A DNA stretch of 64,000 nt from an uncultured Clostridia bacterium (GCA_934155625.1 CAKPHD010000002.1:57-64056); one strand, 5' to 3'; positions 40,471-50,035 are shown, numbered from the stretch's first letter. A program made the numbers and translations. Notes: generated by a model not told the origin, from the letters alone.

Positions 40471-42918
40471 ATGGATGAAAGACAAGATGGAAATATAATA
40501 AAAAGAGACATTGAAGAAGAAATGAAAACTGCCTATATCGATTATGCAATGAGCGTAATTGTATCAAGAGCTTTGCCAGATGTAAGAGATGGTTTAAAGC
40601 CTGTACATAGAAGAATATTATATGCTATGCATGAAGATGGAATTACATCAGACAAGCCATATAGGAAATGTGCTAATACTGTAGGGTCTGTATTAGGAAG
40701 ATATCATCCACATGGTGATGCATCTGTATATGATGCTATGGTAAGAATGGCACAAGACTTTTCAATGAGATATATGTTGATAGATGGACATGGAAATTTT
40801 GGTTCTATAGATGGTGATGGAGCTGCAGCAATGAGGTATACTGAAGCAAGAATGTCAAAAATAGCTGAGCAAATGTTAGTTGACATCGAAAAAAATACAG
40901 TTGACTTTATGCCAAACTATGATGATAGATTACAAGAACCAACAGTATTACCAGCTAAAATTCCAGCATTATTAGTAAATGGTTCATCTGGTATAGCCGT
41001 AGGTATGGCAACAAATATACCACCACATAATTTAACAGAAGTCATAAATGGAATTATCAAAATAATTGATGATGATAATGTATCAGATGATGATTTAATA
41101 AAAATAATTAAAGGTCCTGATTTCCCAACAGGAGGTATGATTCTTGGATTAGAAGGTATTAAAGAAGCATACAAAACAGGTAGAGGAAAAATTACAATGA
41201 GAGCTGAAGCTGAGATAGAAGAAATGAGTGGAAATAAACATAGAATTATTGTTACATCATTACCATATCAAGTAAATAAAGCTCGTTTAATTGAAAATAT
41301 TGCCAGATTAGCAAGAGAAAAAAGAATTGAAGGAATTTCTGAAATGCGTGATGAATCTGACAGAAAAGAAAAAGTAAGAATTGTAATGGAACTTAAAAGA
41401 GATGCAAATCCTCAAGTAGTATTAAATCAATTATATAAAAATACACAAATGCAAGATACATTTGGTGTAATAATGTTAGCATTAGTTGATGGGGAACCAA
41501 AAGTTTTAACATTAAGACAATGCTTAGATTGTTATATTGATCATAGAAAAACAGTTATTTTACGTAGAACACAATTCGATTTAGATAAAGCACTTGCAAG
41601 AGCTCACATATTAGAAGGTTTAAGAATAGCTATTGATAATATAGATGAAGTAATTGCAATAATTCGTAGCTCATATGATGATGCTAAAGAAAGATTAATT
41701 GAAAGATTTGGATTAACAGATATTCAAGCACAAGCAATATTAGATATGAGATTAAAAACATTATCAGGATTGCAACGTGAAAAGATTGAAGAAGAATACA
41801 AACAATTAATGGAATTAATAGAACATTTAAGAGCAATTTTAAATAGTGAAAGATTAGTATTTGATATCATAAAAGAAGAACTTATCGAAATTAGAGATAA
41901 ATTCGGAGATGATAGAAAAACTAAAATTGTTGCTGCTGAAGGTGAAATTGACTTAGATGATTTAATAAAAGAAGAACAAACAGTTATTGCTTTAACACAT
42001 TTTGGATATATTAAGAGAATGCCAATTGATACATATAGAAGTCAAAAACGTGGAGGAAAGGGAATAACAGGAATTGCAACAAGAGAAGAAGATTTTGTTA
42101 AACAAATATTTACAGCTTCAACTCATGATACAATTTTATTCTTTACTAATAAAGGTAAATTATATAAACTAAGAGGATACGAAGTTCCAGAAGCAGGTAG
42201 AACTGCTAGGGGAACTGCAATTGTAAACTTATTAAGTTTAGATGCAGGAGAAAAAGTATCTGCAGTTATACCAATTCAAAACTTTGCAGAAGGTAAGTAT
42301 TTACTAATGGCAACAAAGAATGGATTAATAAAGAAAACTGCACTTGCTGAATATAATTCTGCTCGTAAAACAGGGTTACAAGGTATAACATTAAAAGAAG
42401 ATGATGAACTTATTGCTGTTAGATTAACAGATGGTGAAGATAATGTTGTATTAGTTACAAGAAATGGTATGTGTATTACCTTTGATGAAAAAGATGTACG
42501 TCCAATAGGAAGAGTTTCTCAAGGGGTTATCGGAATTAGAATTGATGAAGATGACGAAGTTATTGGAATGGAATCAATCATTGCAGGTGGAAAAGCAACA
42601 TTACTTGCAATCACTGAAAACGGATTTGGAAAGAGAACAGAACTTGACGAATATAGAGTTCAAATTCGTGGAGGTAAAGGAGTAATAACATATAAAGTAA
42701 CTCAAAAAACAGGTAAATTAGTTGGTGCAAGAATTGCAACTGATGATGAAGATGTAATGCTTATAACTGACAAAGGAACTATAATAAGATTAAAAGTTAA
42801 AGATATTAGCGTTTTAGGACGTTCAACACAAGGTGTTACTTTAATGAGAACAACAGATGGTGGAAGAGTTGTAAGTATGGAAACATTAACTCCAGAAATT
42901 GCTGAAGTAGAAGAATAA
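40471..42918 (+). CDS. gyrA: DNA gyrase subunit A
   Basis: 815 aa: RALPDVRDGLKPVHRRILY, HPHGDASVYDAMVRMAQ, active-site region AAMRYTEARM, C-terminal beta-pinwheel repeats. Confidence 0.95.
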   Translation: MDERQDGNIIKRDIEEEMKTAYIDYAMSVIVSRALPDVRDGLKPVHRRILYAMHEDGITSDKPYRKCANTVGSVLGRYHPHGDASVYDAMVRMAQDFSMRYMLIDGHGNFGSIDGDGAAAMRYTEARMSKIAEQMLVDIEKNTVDFMPNYDDRLQEPTVLPAKIPALLVNGSSGIAVGMATNIPPHNLTEVINGIIKIIDDDNVSDDDLIKIIKGPDFPTGGMILGLEGIKEAYKTGRGKITMRAEAEIEEMSGNKHRIIVTSLPYQVNKARLIENIARLAREKRIEGISEMRDESDRKEKVRIVMELKRDANPQVVLNQLYKNTQMQDTFGVIMLALVDGEPKVLTLRQCLDCYIDHRKTVILRRTQFDLDKALARAHILEGLRIAIDNIDEVIAIIRSSYDDAKERLIERFGLTDIQAQAILDMRLKTLSGLQREKIEEEYKQLMELIEHLRAILNSERLVFDIIKEELIEIRDKFGDDRKTKIVAAEGEIDLDDLIKEEQTVIALTHFGYIKRMPIDTYRSQKRGGKGITGIATREEDFVKQIFTASTHDTILFFTNKGKLYKLRGYEVPEAGRTARGTAIVNLLSLDAGEKVSAVIPIQNFAEGKYLLMATKNGLIKKTALAEYNSARKTGLQGITLKEDDELIAVRLTDGEDNVVLVTRNGMCITFDEKDVRPIGRVSQGVIGIRIDEDDEVIGMESIIAGGKATLLAITENGFGKRTELDEYRVQIRGGKGVITYKVTQKTGKLVGARIATDDEDVMLITDKGTIIRLKVKDISVLGRSTQGVTLMRTTDGGRVVSMETLTPEIAEVEE

Positions 42919-42930
42919 AAATATAATAAA

Positions 42931-42969
42931 AAAGAAGTACTAAATATAAATTTTAGTATTTCTTTTTTT
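42931..42969 (+). terminator. gyrA terminator
   Basis: AAAGAAGTACTAAA / TTTAGTATTTCTTT stem (one mismatch) followed by TTTTT. A second hairpin at about 42986-43028 serves the convergent dnaI-like gene. Confidence 0.55.
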
Positions 42970-43035
42970 GTAGAAAATTTTATATAAAAAAGCAAGATAA
43001 AAATAATATTTTATTTTTATGCTTTTTTGTCTAAA

Positions 43036-44046
43036 TTAATGTCTTGCCTTAAATCTTAAATCATCACCAAAGAAATAGTAAATGTCATAAAATCCAGCAA
43101 TACGAGAACCTATACGTTCTTCATAATTTTTAAAAATATTATTAATATTTAAATTAGTTGAAATTATAGTTTTAGTTACTTTATTATTTAGATTAAGTAA
43201 ACGTGTATTTAAAATAGTAAATAACTCACTTAATTTCATACTATTTAAACATTCTGTTCCAAGATCATCAATAATTAATAAATCTGCTTCTAAAACATTT
43301 TTATAAAAATCATCTTGTTTTGAATTTTTATATTTATTCATTTTATTATCAATAACAGTTTCTAATAAAACAGGAGCTGTTTGATAAAGTACATTTTTTC
43401 CATTTTTTATTAATTCATTTGCAATACAATTGCTCATAAAAGTTTTTCCTAATCCAGTATTTCCTGTAAACAATAAATTTTTGGTATCAGGATTGTCAAA
43501 ATTTTGTACAAATTCAATACATTTTGCTTTTATTGTAAGAATATTTTGACGTGGTGAAATATTTAATTTATATTTTTCAGGTTCAATATTATCTGAAAAA
43601 ATATTAGGATTAAATGTTTCAAAATTTTCTTTTCCTAAATTAGAAATATTTGATTTATTATAAGATATATCTAATAATTTTTGCCTTAAACAAGGGCATA
43701 AAACAGATGCTGAATTTTCGGATTGAATATATCCAGTATCTTTACAAATATTACATTCATAATGAGGTTCTAAATAATCATTAGATATATTGTTTTCTTT
43801 TAATATTTTTTCTTTTTCTTCTTTTAAATTTGCAACTTTTAAATTTAAGTTATTAATAGATTGAGAGTCACCTTTTAATATATTTTTTGCAGTGTTTATT
43901 GCAAACATATTTAATTCAGATTCTATTTCTTGCAAACGAGGAAATTTACTATAAAGTTCAGTTTTCCTTGCATCCAAATCAAGTTCTGCTTTACGTTTTT
44001 TGTGATCATATTCTAATAATAATTTAGATAAAATTTCGTTAGACAT
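43036..44046 (-). CDS. DnaI/DnaC-like helicase-loader AAA+ ATPase
   Basis: N-terminal Cys cluster CNICKDTGYI...CPCL, Walker A FTGNTGLGKTFM, Walker B LLIIDDLGTE. 336 aa. Confidence 0.8.
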   Translation of the reverse strand: MSNEILSKLLLEYDHKKRKAELDLDARKTELYSKFPRLQEIESELNMFAINTAKNILKGDSQSINNLNLKVANLKEEKEKILKENNISNDYLEPHYECNICKDTGYIQSENSASVLCPCLRQKLLDISYNKSNISNLGKENFETFNPNIFSDNIEPEKYKLNISPRQNILTIKAKCIEFVQNFDNPDTKNLLFTGNTGLGKTFMSNCIANELIKNGKNVLYQTAPVLLETVIDNKMNKYKNSKQDDFYKNVLEADLLIIDDLGTECLNSMKLSELFTILNTRLLNLNNKVTKTIISTNLNINNIFKNYEERIGSRIAGFYDIYYFFGDDLRFKARH

Positions 44047-45094
44047 TTATATCTCCTTCAATATTTGAAAATGGTGAAGCTGAAACTTTTTGATCATTTA
44101 CATTTGAATTATTTGGAAATTCAGTTGGTGAAATCCCAGAGTTTGCATATAAAAATGCTAAATTATCATATTGTCTTTGATCAAAAGAAGCTTTAGCAAC
44201 TTGTTTTTCTAATTTCTTTGTATCTTTCTTTTGTTTATTACGTTGTTCAATAAATGCAAGAATTTCATCCGGATTTTTTAAGTTTCTATCATGCCAATCT
44301 GTAATAATATTGTTGAAATATTCAAATGTTGTGTTGGCTTTAAATAAAGTTCTTTTTAGTGCAATTTCAATAACATTTAAGTCATACCCAAAGTCAATTA
44401 CCCATTTTTCAATATAAGCTTCTTCATATTGAGTAAGTGATTGTTTTCCAAGTTTTTTTGCAATTGCTTTTTTAATTTTCATTAATTTTTCTTGTTTTTG
44501 ATAATATAAATCTAAATCATTCCATGTTTCGATTTTATTATTTCCCCAAGCTTCTGCAACTTTTTGGACATATTTTTGATGAAGTGCAGAACGTTTAAAA
44601 CAATAATCAAAAAGTGCTATCATAACTTGGTCATCAAAATTATATTTTGTGAACCATAAATCAATATCATTATACCAAGATGGTCCCATGATTCCTTGAA
44701 AATATGCATTATTTATGTGATCTATAACTTTTGCTCGTGCTTTATTTTTTGCAACATCTGCAACTTTTTCAGGGGACATTGTTAAGTTAGGCTTATATAA
44801 TTTATTTAGTGTTTGTTCTTGCAAATTAGATACAATATAACCAGTTGTTTTTCTTATTATTAAATCGTTTGATTCTAAATATGAGATTGCATCATTTATT
44901 TCTTTTAATGGTAATGCTAATTTTTTTGATAAATCATTTAATCTTATGTCTTTTTTATATTTTGATAGAAATACCATATATAAATATACTTTTACACTAT
45001 TTGCTGGCATTTGTGATAAATATTCTGCAAAAAAGATGTCTGGAATCATTGTTTCTGAGAACAATAATGGTATTTCTGGCTGCTCTAACTTCAT
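44039..45094 (-). CDS. DnaD/DnaB(Bsu)-type replication initiation and membrane attachment protein
   Basis: Overlaps the DnaI-like gene by 8 nt. DnaD-like C-terminal repeat regions (…VAEAWGNNKIETWNDLDLYY…, …IITDWHDRNLKNPDEI…). ATG at 45094 (AGGGGGGAA RBS) preferred over the TTG at 45121. Confidence 0.7.
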   Translation of the reverse strand: MKLEQPEIPLLFSETMIPDIFFAEYLSQMPANSVKVYLYMVFLSKYKKDIRLNDLSKKLALPLKEINDAISYLESNDLIIRKTTGYIVSNLQEQTLNKLYKPNLTMSPEKVADVAKNKARAKVIDHINNAYFQGIMGPSWYNDIDLWFTKYNFDDQVMIALFDYCFKRSALHQKYVQKVAEAWGNNKIETWNDLDLYYQKQEKLMKIKKAIAKKLGKQSLTQYEEAYIEKWVIDFGYDLNVIEIALKRTLFKANTTFEYFNNIITDWHDRNLKNPDEILAFIEQRNKQKKDTKKLEKQVAKASFDQRQYDNLAFLYANSGISPTEFPNNSNVNDQKVSASPFSNIEGDINV

Positions 45095-45257
45095 TTTTTT
45101 ATTCCCCCCTAAAAGGAACAAATATAGCTTATATAATTTTAAACTAATTTTCCCCCGTAAAACTAAAATGAATTATATATAATTTGAGAGAAAAAATCAA
45201 GTGGAAAATGAAAAAATGACAGCATAATTTGTTACATAAATTCTTGTATAATAAATA

Positions 45258-45341
45258 GAAAAACTTGAAATATAAACTTTTCATTACATGTTTCGGCTTA
45301 TTACGAAATTTCGTTCATAGTTTATATTTATAAGTTTTTTT
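45258..45341. repeat. Long hairpin containing the 29-nt motif shared with 21745-21773
   Basis: Arms GAAAAACTTGAAATATAAACTTTT / AGTTTATATTTATAAGTTTTTTT enclose ATTACATGTTTCGGCTTATTACGAAATTT (45283-45311). On the minus strand it ends in a T-run, so it is terminator-like for module C. Confidence 0.5.
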
Positions 45342-45405
45342 GCTATAGAAATATAATTAATTAGTATTATAACAAGTTTTTAGATTATAGGAATTTTTAA
45401 GAAAT

Positions 45406-45533
45406 AATAATATATTGTTTTGCAATACCGCGTAAGCGATCAAATGAGCGAAGCAAATGCGAAATGGAGCAATCTACATACTAATTTTTATATGAAGATT
45501 GCGACAGCAAGGTATAAAAAACAATATATTATT
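45406..45533 (+). repeat. Long-hairpin repeat, copy 3
   Basis: AATAATATATTGTTTTGCAATACCGCGTAAGCGATCAAATGAGCGAAGCAAATGCGAAATGGAGCAATCTACATACTAATTTTTATATGAAGATTGCGACAGCAAGGTATAAAAAACAATATATTATT. Confidence 0.85.
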
Positions 45534-45563
45534 ATTTTTTTATAAATATATAGTAAGTCAAAT

Positions 45564-45848
45564 TTAATACTTTTTAAATAAATATAATTTAGGACGAAAA
45601 ATATACTTGAAAATATATTTAAAAACATAAACAACAGGTTCGCCATTAAAACCAACAATACTGAATATTGTTAGAGGAAAACATAGTGATATAAATAAAA
45701 AAATTTTAATATTCCAATTATGTATAAATAAATGAAGAATTCCAAAAACAATAACATACCATAAGATATTAAAAAAGGCAGTAGAATAATCTATAATACC
45801 AAAAATTTTATTTTTGAAATTATAATTTTGTGGAAAAATAAATTTCAT
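45564..45848 (-). CDS. VirB3/PrgI-like small membrane protein (94 aa)
   Basis: MKFIFPQNYNFKNKIFGIIDYSTAFFNILWYVIVFGIL... has the same architecture as the 18563-18910 product. AGGAG RBS. Confidence 0.45.
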   Translation of the reverse strand: MKFIFPQNYNFKNKIFGIIDYSTAFFNILWYVIVFGILHLFIHNWNIKIFLFISLCFPLTIFSIVGFNGEPVVYVFKYIFKYIFRPKLYLFKKY

Positions 45849-45864
45849 AAAAACTCCTTTCTAG

Positions 45865-45901
45865 AAAAAAGGTACCGATAAGAACCGGTCACAACGGTAC
45901 C
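45865..45901 (-). terminator. Intra-operon GC-rich hairpin terminator/attenuator
   Basis: Minus strand GGTACCG-TTGTGACCGGTTCTTAT-CGGTACC followed by TTTTTT. The GC-rich stem is conspicuous in AT-rich DNA. Confidence 0.55.
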
Positions 45902-45909
45902 AAATCTTA

Positions 45910-46788
45910 TTAATGCACTTTTTTGAAGATGTTTTCCACATTTTGAGTAAAAGTTGTGGAAACTCCACCTACAAAATCGCGTACAAAAGAATTTGATTTT
46001 ATTAAAGAATAAATTGCTCCAATATATATAAATTTTGTCATTAAATTATTAGAAGAATAATCCATAGAAAATAAAATTAATAATACAATTGAAACAATTA
46101 TCTGTATAAATAATAAAGAAAATAAGTTTCTGCTCCAAGCTTTAAAAAACCAGGAAGTATTTTCAAGTGTCAATGATAAAATTGCAAAAGGTGTAAGTAA
46201 TATAAAAATTTTAATCATTACATATCTAAATGAGTAGGTAAAAACTAAGTTTAATAAAGACATAGTAAGAGATGCTTTAATAATTCCATCTAAAGAAAAT
46301 ACATCAAGTGATGAAGAATCAATAGAGATATTATTATTTATTTCTAAAATTAATTCAGAAAAACAAATATTTTTATGAAATAAGCTTTCTCCAATTCCTC
46401 TAATAGCAAGAGAAATATTAGAAACAAAATTCAAAATTTGTTCAATAAAAAAATATGAAAAATTAATACAAATTCCCCAGATAATTAATTTAAAAATAAA
46501 TTGAGATGGTCTTTCAACTTGCTGATAAGTGAAATGCGCAAATAAATATTTTATTGCATAATATAGCAGAAAACCGAAAAGTAGGGAGTTTGATATTAAT
46601 AAAATCCCATTAGAGGTGGATGTGCCTAAAATTTTTTCAAAATAAGAATCTGTAATTATATCTGAATTTATAAATGTAATATCATCTAAAACGGAATATA
46701 CATTATTATCAATAGATGAAAATAATGTGTTTAAAATAGTGTTTATTGCTTCAATTATATTGGTAGTAATATTTGAATTATTTTCCAT
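45910..46788 (-). CDS. VirB6/TrbL-like polytopic membrane protein (292 aa)
   Basis: At least 6 hydrophobic helices. Position between the pilin-like and VirB3-like genes. Confidence 0.5.
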   Translation of the reverse strand: MENNSNITTNIIEAINTILNTLFSSIDNNVYSVLDDITFINSDIITDSYFEKILGTSTSNGILLISNSLLFGFLLYYAIKYLFAHFTYQQVERPSQFIFKLIIWGICINFSYFFIEQILNFVSNISLAIRGIGESLFHKNICFSELILEINNNISIDSSSLDVFSLDGIIKASLTMSLLNLVFTYSFRYVMIKIFILLTPFAILSLTLENTSWFFKAWSRNLFSLLFIQIIVSIVLLILFSMDYSSNNLMTKFIYIGAIYSLIKSNSFVRDFVGGVSTTFTQNVENIFKKVH

Positions 46789-46796
46789 TTAATCAC

Positions 46797-47114
46797 CTAT
46801 CCAATTAATGATTGAATTGCAGATAATATTAAATCTATAGCTAGGATAAAGCCATAGGAAAATAATGAACCTGTAATCAATTTTTTTCCTGTCCTAATTT
46901 TTTCTTCATCTCCAAAACTGAATTTTCTCATCAATGCACCAGTGCAAACTGCAACAGCTGCAGCAGGTGTGGAGATTTTTATAATCCAACTTTCAATGTC
47001 TTCAAAAGCGCTATTTAATTTATTTACTAATTTTGGTGTAGCACCAAAAACTGTTGTAGATAACATTAATATAAGATATGTAGATAAAACTACAATACAT
47101 AAAATTTTTTTCAT
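46797..47114 (-). CDS. VirB2/TrbC-like pilin precursor (105 aa)
   Basis: Signal peptide MKKILCIVVLSTYLILMLSTTVFG, then helix - RKFSFGDEEKIRTGKK - helix. Same layout and EEK loop as the island-A pilins. Confidence 0.5.
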   Translation of the reverse strand: MKKILCIVVLSTYLILMLSTTVFGATPKLVNKLNSAFEDIESWIIKISTPAAAVAVCTGALMRKFSFGDEEKIRTGKKLITGSLFSYGFILAIDLILSAIQSLIG

Positions 47115-47163
47115 ATGAACCTTCCTTATTAAAATTTAGGTTTTTTAGAGAAACCTATAAAAC

Positions 47164-48849
47164 TCATTTTTTAAAATATGGAAACATTCTCAATTTTGCT
47201 GGTTTTAAAATTTTGTAACCATTTGATAAAAATGCAAGAGATGAGAATATTTCTAAATCTTGCGTAAAAAAGTTTGTATCATAGACAAAGTCTTTTTGTG
47301 TATATGTATTTAGACTTTCTGTGATACTTGAATTTTTTGAATTAAAAGAATTGGTAATATAATTAAATTTTGTCTCTTTGGCATTTTCAGAAATTGCTTT
47401 AGAAATATGAGTTTTTTCTTCTTTTCCTAATTGCTTTTGAGATTCTTCTATAGTAAAAATATCATCAGTTCTAAACCAAATTTTATTTATGAGGTTTTGA
47501 ATAATTACTTTTACGGAGGCATCGTCTTTTAACGTATTTTTTAGGGAAGAATAACTTTGCGTTGAGACGATATTTATACATTTGGCTTCTCGACTAAGAG
47601 CAAAAAAGTCGGCATCTGTTTTGGTTACATATTCTGCATATTCATCACAGATAAATACTGATGGTCTTACTTGAGCTTTGGATAAATTGCTCATTACTTC
47701 TGATTGGAAATCTAATTTTAAATATGCTGCAATTATTTTTGATAAATTTTTATATTCTGCAATATTCATGTTCAAAACAACAATTTTTCCTTTTTGAAGC
47801 ATAGAAGAAAATCCTTTGAAATTTAAATCTTTTTTTTCTGGACAAAATGTTTTGGAAACTTTATAGTCTGAAATAAAGATATTTGTAATTCTAGATATTT
47901 CTGATTTTAAAATTGCTAAAGTTCTTGCATCTAACGAATTAAATTCTTTTTCAAAAAATTCTAAGGCAGTGTTCAATTCATAAATTTGTTTATAAGATAA
48001 TTTTTTTTCATAAAATAGTTTTTTTAATATTTCAATTTTGGATTTATAATAATTTGGTTCTGTAATTAATTTGTGGATTTCTATAAATGTAACATATCCA
48101 TTGTTATAAAGTCTGCAAAGCTTTATACATTCTGCTAAAATTTGTTCTGCTTTATCAAGCCAGAAAGATTCTGAATTATTTTCGGAAAATAATAATAAAA
48201 TAGTTTTTAACCTATTGGCTAATACAATAGGATTTAAATTAGGTTTATGCAATGGATTATAACGGACCTTAGAATTTAAACTTATTTCAATTATATCTTT
48301 TTCCAAATTATATTTTTGTGTAATTTTTTTTACTTGCTTGAAATAATTTCCTTTTACATCTAATATTAAAATACCTAATTTTTTGTCAGGATTTAAGAAA
48401 TTATATTTTAAAAATTGTTCCGTAAAAGGATACATTGCAGAACTAGTTTTTCCTGTACCAATAGTTCCTGTTATTAAGAAATTTTGATATAATCCGGATT
48501 CTGGTAAATAAATTTTTTCTTTAGTTATTTGATTTTCGCCAATTAATAATTGTAGACTAGAAGATTCAATTATTGGAGGTTTGGTTTGTGTATCTTTTTC
48601 GTCAAATATGTGTAATCTTAAAATTAGGGAATTTATAATAATAAAATTAGCGAATAAATAGAAAAGTATGAAACTTGTTTTTAAATATTTCCAAAATAAT
48701 GGATTATCATAACAGATATCAGATGGATGTATTCCAAATGAAACAATAATTTCTTCTGATTGGTATAAAGGTAAAAATAATTGATAAAAACAAAAGGAAA
48801 GAAGGATTAAAAAAAATAGTATAAAAATAAAACGTTTAATAATTATCAC
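47164..48849 (-). CDS. VirD4/TraG-type coupling protein (T4CP) ATPase
   Basis: N-terminal TM helices, Walker A ITGTIGTGKTSS, Walker B VFICDEYAEY, then VSTQSYSSL. The annotated GTG overlaps the AGGAG SD, so an in-frame ATT 5 or 8 nt downstream of the SD is a likelier start. Confidence 0.8.
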   Translation of the reverse strand: MIIIKRFIFILFFLILLSFCFYQLFLPLYQSEEIIVSFGIHPSDICYDNPLFWKYLKTSFILFYLFANFIIINSLILRLHIFDEKDTQTKPPIIESSSLQLLIGENQITKEKIYLPESGLYQNFLITGTIGTGKTSSAMYPFTEQFLKYNFLNPDKKLGILILDVKGNYFKQVKKITQKYNLEKDIIEISLNSKVRYNPLHKPNLNPIVLANRLKTILLLFSENNSESFWLDKAEQILAECIKLCRLYNNGYVTFIEIHKLITEPNYYKSKIEILKKLFYEKKLSYKQIYELNTALEFFEKEFNSLDARTLAILKSEISRITNIFISDYKVSKTFCPEKKDLNFKGFSSMLQKGKIVVLNMNIAEYKNLSKIIAAYLKLDFQSEVMSNLSKAQVRPSVFICDEYAEYVTKTDADFFALSREAKCINIVSTQSYSSLKNTLKDDASVKVIIQNLINKIWFRTDDIFTIEESQKQLGKEEKTHISKAISENAKETKFNYITNSFNSKNSSITESLNTYTQKDFVYDTNFFTQDLEIFSSLAFLSNGYKILKPAKLRMFPYFKK

Positions 48850-49003
48850 TCCTATTTTCTGTTTTTTGTTTGATTTTTAATTTTGAACCTTGTAAATTAT
48901 GAAATAATTTTATATCAAAAAATGTGTAAATTGAATATAAAGTAATTAAAAAACAAATAATATATATGAAAAAAAATATATTAATTAAGGTTGTAAATGT
49001 CAT
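48836..49003 (-). CDS. Candidate 55-aa single-TM ORF upstream of and overlapping the T4CP start
   Basis: Hand translation: MTFTTLINIFFFIYIICFLITLYSIYTFFDIKLFHNLQGSKLKIKQKTENRSDNY*. Weak RBS, below the ORF-track cutoff. Confidence 0.25.
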   Translation of the reverse strand: MTFTTLINIFFFIYIICFLITLYSIYTFFDIKLFHNLQGSKLKIKQKTENRSDNY

Positions 49004-49142
49004 AATTAAAAATTATCACCGCCTTTTCAATAAACATAATACAACAAAATTTTAAATTTGTCTATACTTTTTTTAAAATTTGTGATAAAATATAAAAGAA
49101 CTTGTTAAAAGATACAAAATAATATGTTTGATATAAAAATTT

Positions 49143-49274
49143 GATAATATATTGTTTTTTATACCTTGCTGTCGCAATCTTTATATTAAAAATACGAATA
49201 TGTAGATTGCTCCATATCGCATTCGCATATGCTCATTTAATCGCTTACGCGGTATTACAAAACAATATATTATC
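49143..49274 (-). repeat. Long-hairpin repeat, copy 4 (inverted orientation)
   Basis: The reverse complement aligns with copies 1-3. The closing stem carries a G-C pair (TGATAAT...ATTATCA) where the others have A-T (TAATAAT...ATTATTA). Confidence 0.85.
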
Positions 49275-49342
49275 AAATTATATAAAAAACAGGTTTATAG
49301 GTATCCATTAAAAACCTAAATATATATAAGGAATGGTGTAAA

Positions 49343-49528
49343 ATGAAATTTAATAAAGACACAAAAATTGGAGAAATTTTAGAAGTAGCTCCAGAAAAAG
49401 CAGAAATTTTAATAGAATGTGGAATGCATTGTTTAGGATGTCCAGCTTCTCAAATGGAAACTTTAGAAGAAGCATGTGATGTTCACGGAATAGATGTAGA
49501 AGAAGTTGTAGCAAAACTAAATGCATAA
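49343..49528 (+). CDS. DUF1858-type small redox-disulfide protein (hybrid-cluster-protein-associated family)
   Basis: 61 aa: TKIGEILEVAPEKAEILIECGMHCLGCPASQMETLEEACDVHGID, matching my recollection of this family. Confidence 0.65.
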   Translation: MKFNKDTKIGEILEVAPEKAEILIECGMHCLGCPASQMETLEEACDVHGIDVEEVVAKLNA

Positions 49529-49595
49529 AAAAATAGAATAAAAACGGGGCTTAAGACAAAAAAACAAAAAAATTTAAAAATTTTTAAAAAATGTA

Positions 49596-49624
49596 TTGAC
49601 AACTGCAAAAAAATAGTGTAATAT
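49596..49624 (+). promoter_or_regulatory. Promoter of the tRNA-Lys/Glu/Thr cluster
   Basis: TTGACA (49596-49601), 17-nt spacer, TAATAT (49619-49624), about 28 nt before tRNA-Lys. Confidence 0.6.
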
Positions 49625-49652
49625 ATAAAAGCGTTGTGCAGTACATGCATAC

Positions 49653-49728
49653 GGGCTATTAGCTCAGGTGGTAGAGCACTTGACTTTTAATCAAGTTGTC
49701 CCGCGTTCGAGTCGCGGATAGCTCACCA
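49653..49728 (+). tRNA. tRNA-Lys (anticodon TTT)
   Basis: Cloverleaf read by hand: anticodon stem CTTGA/TCAAG, loop CTTTTAA, GTTCGAGTC T-loop, CCA end. Confidence 0.9.
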
Positions 49729-49774
49729 AATAAAGAATTCTAATTTTTTTTAAAATTAGAATTCTCTATATTAT

Positions 49775-49849
49775 GGCCCCGTGGTCAAGAGGTTAAGACA
49801 CCGCCCTTTCACGGCGGAGTCATGGGTTCGATTCCCGTCGGGGTCACCA
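49775..49849 (+). tRNA. tRNA-Glu (anticodon TTC)
   Basis: Anticodon stem CCGCC/GGCGG, loop CTTTCAC, GGTTCGATTCC T-arm, CCA end. Confidence 0.9.
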
Positions 49850-49853
49850 CAAC

Positions 49854-49930
49854 GCCACTTTAGCTCAGTTGGCCAGAGCACCGCACTTGTAATGCGGGGG
49901 TCCTCAGTTCGAATCTGAGAAGTGGCTCCA
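49854..49930 (+). tRNA. tRNA-Thr (anticodon TGT)
   Basis: GCCACTTTAGCTCAGTTGG..., anticodon stem CCGCA/TGCGG, loop CTTGTAA, AGTTCGAATCT T-arm, CCA end. Confidence 0.9.
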
Positions 49931-50035
49931 AATTGTCAGTAGTTTTGCAAAAAGCTTAATTACTGGCTTTTTTTATTGTGCAGAAAATAAAATTACAGAA
50001 CCGAAAATCTCTATAAAAAAGGGGGGAACACAAAA

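Larger units (their letters stand above)
45406..49274 (-). mobile_element. T4SS module C (coupling ATPase, VirB2-, VirB6-, VirB3-like) bounded by inverted copies 3 and 4 of the hairpin repeat
   Basis: A four-gene minus-strand operon, head-on to replication, lies exactly between repeat copies of opposite orientation. Confidence 0.55.

Noticed and set aside
47164-48849. Possibility that the coupling ATPase is an FtsK/SpoIIIE chromosome translocase and not a T4CP.
   Set aside because: It is only 561 aa and sits in an operon with VirB2-, VirB6- and VirB3-like genes. Its Walker A/B context resembles TraG/VirD4-type proteins. The TcpA-like (FtsK-family) versus VirD4-family assignment remains open without an HMM search.
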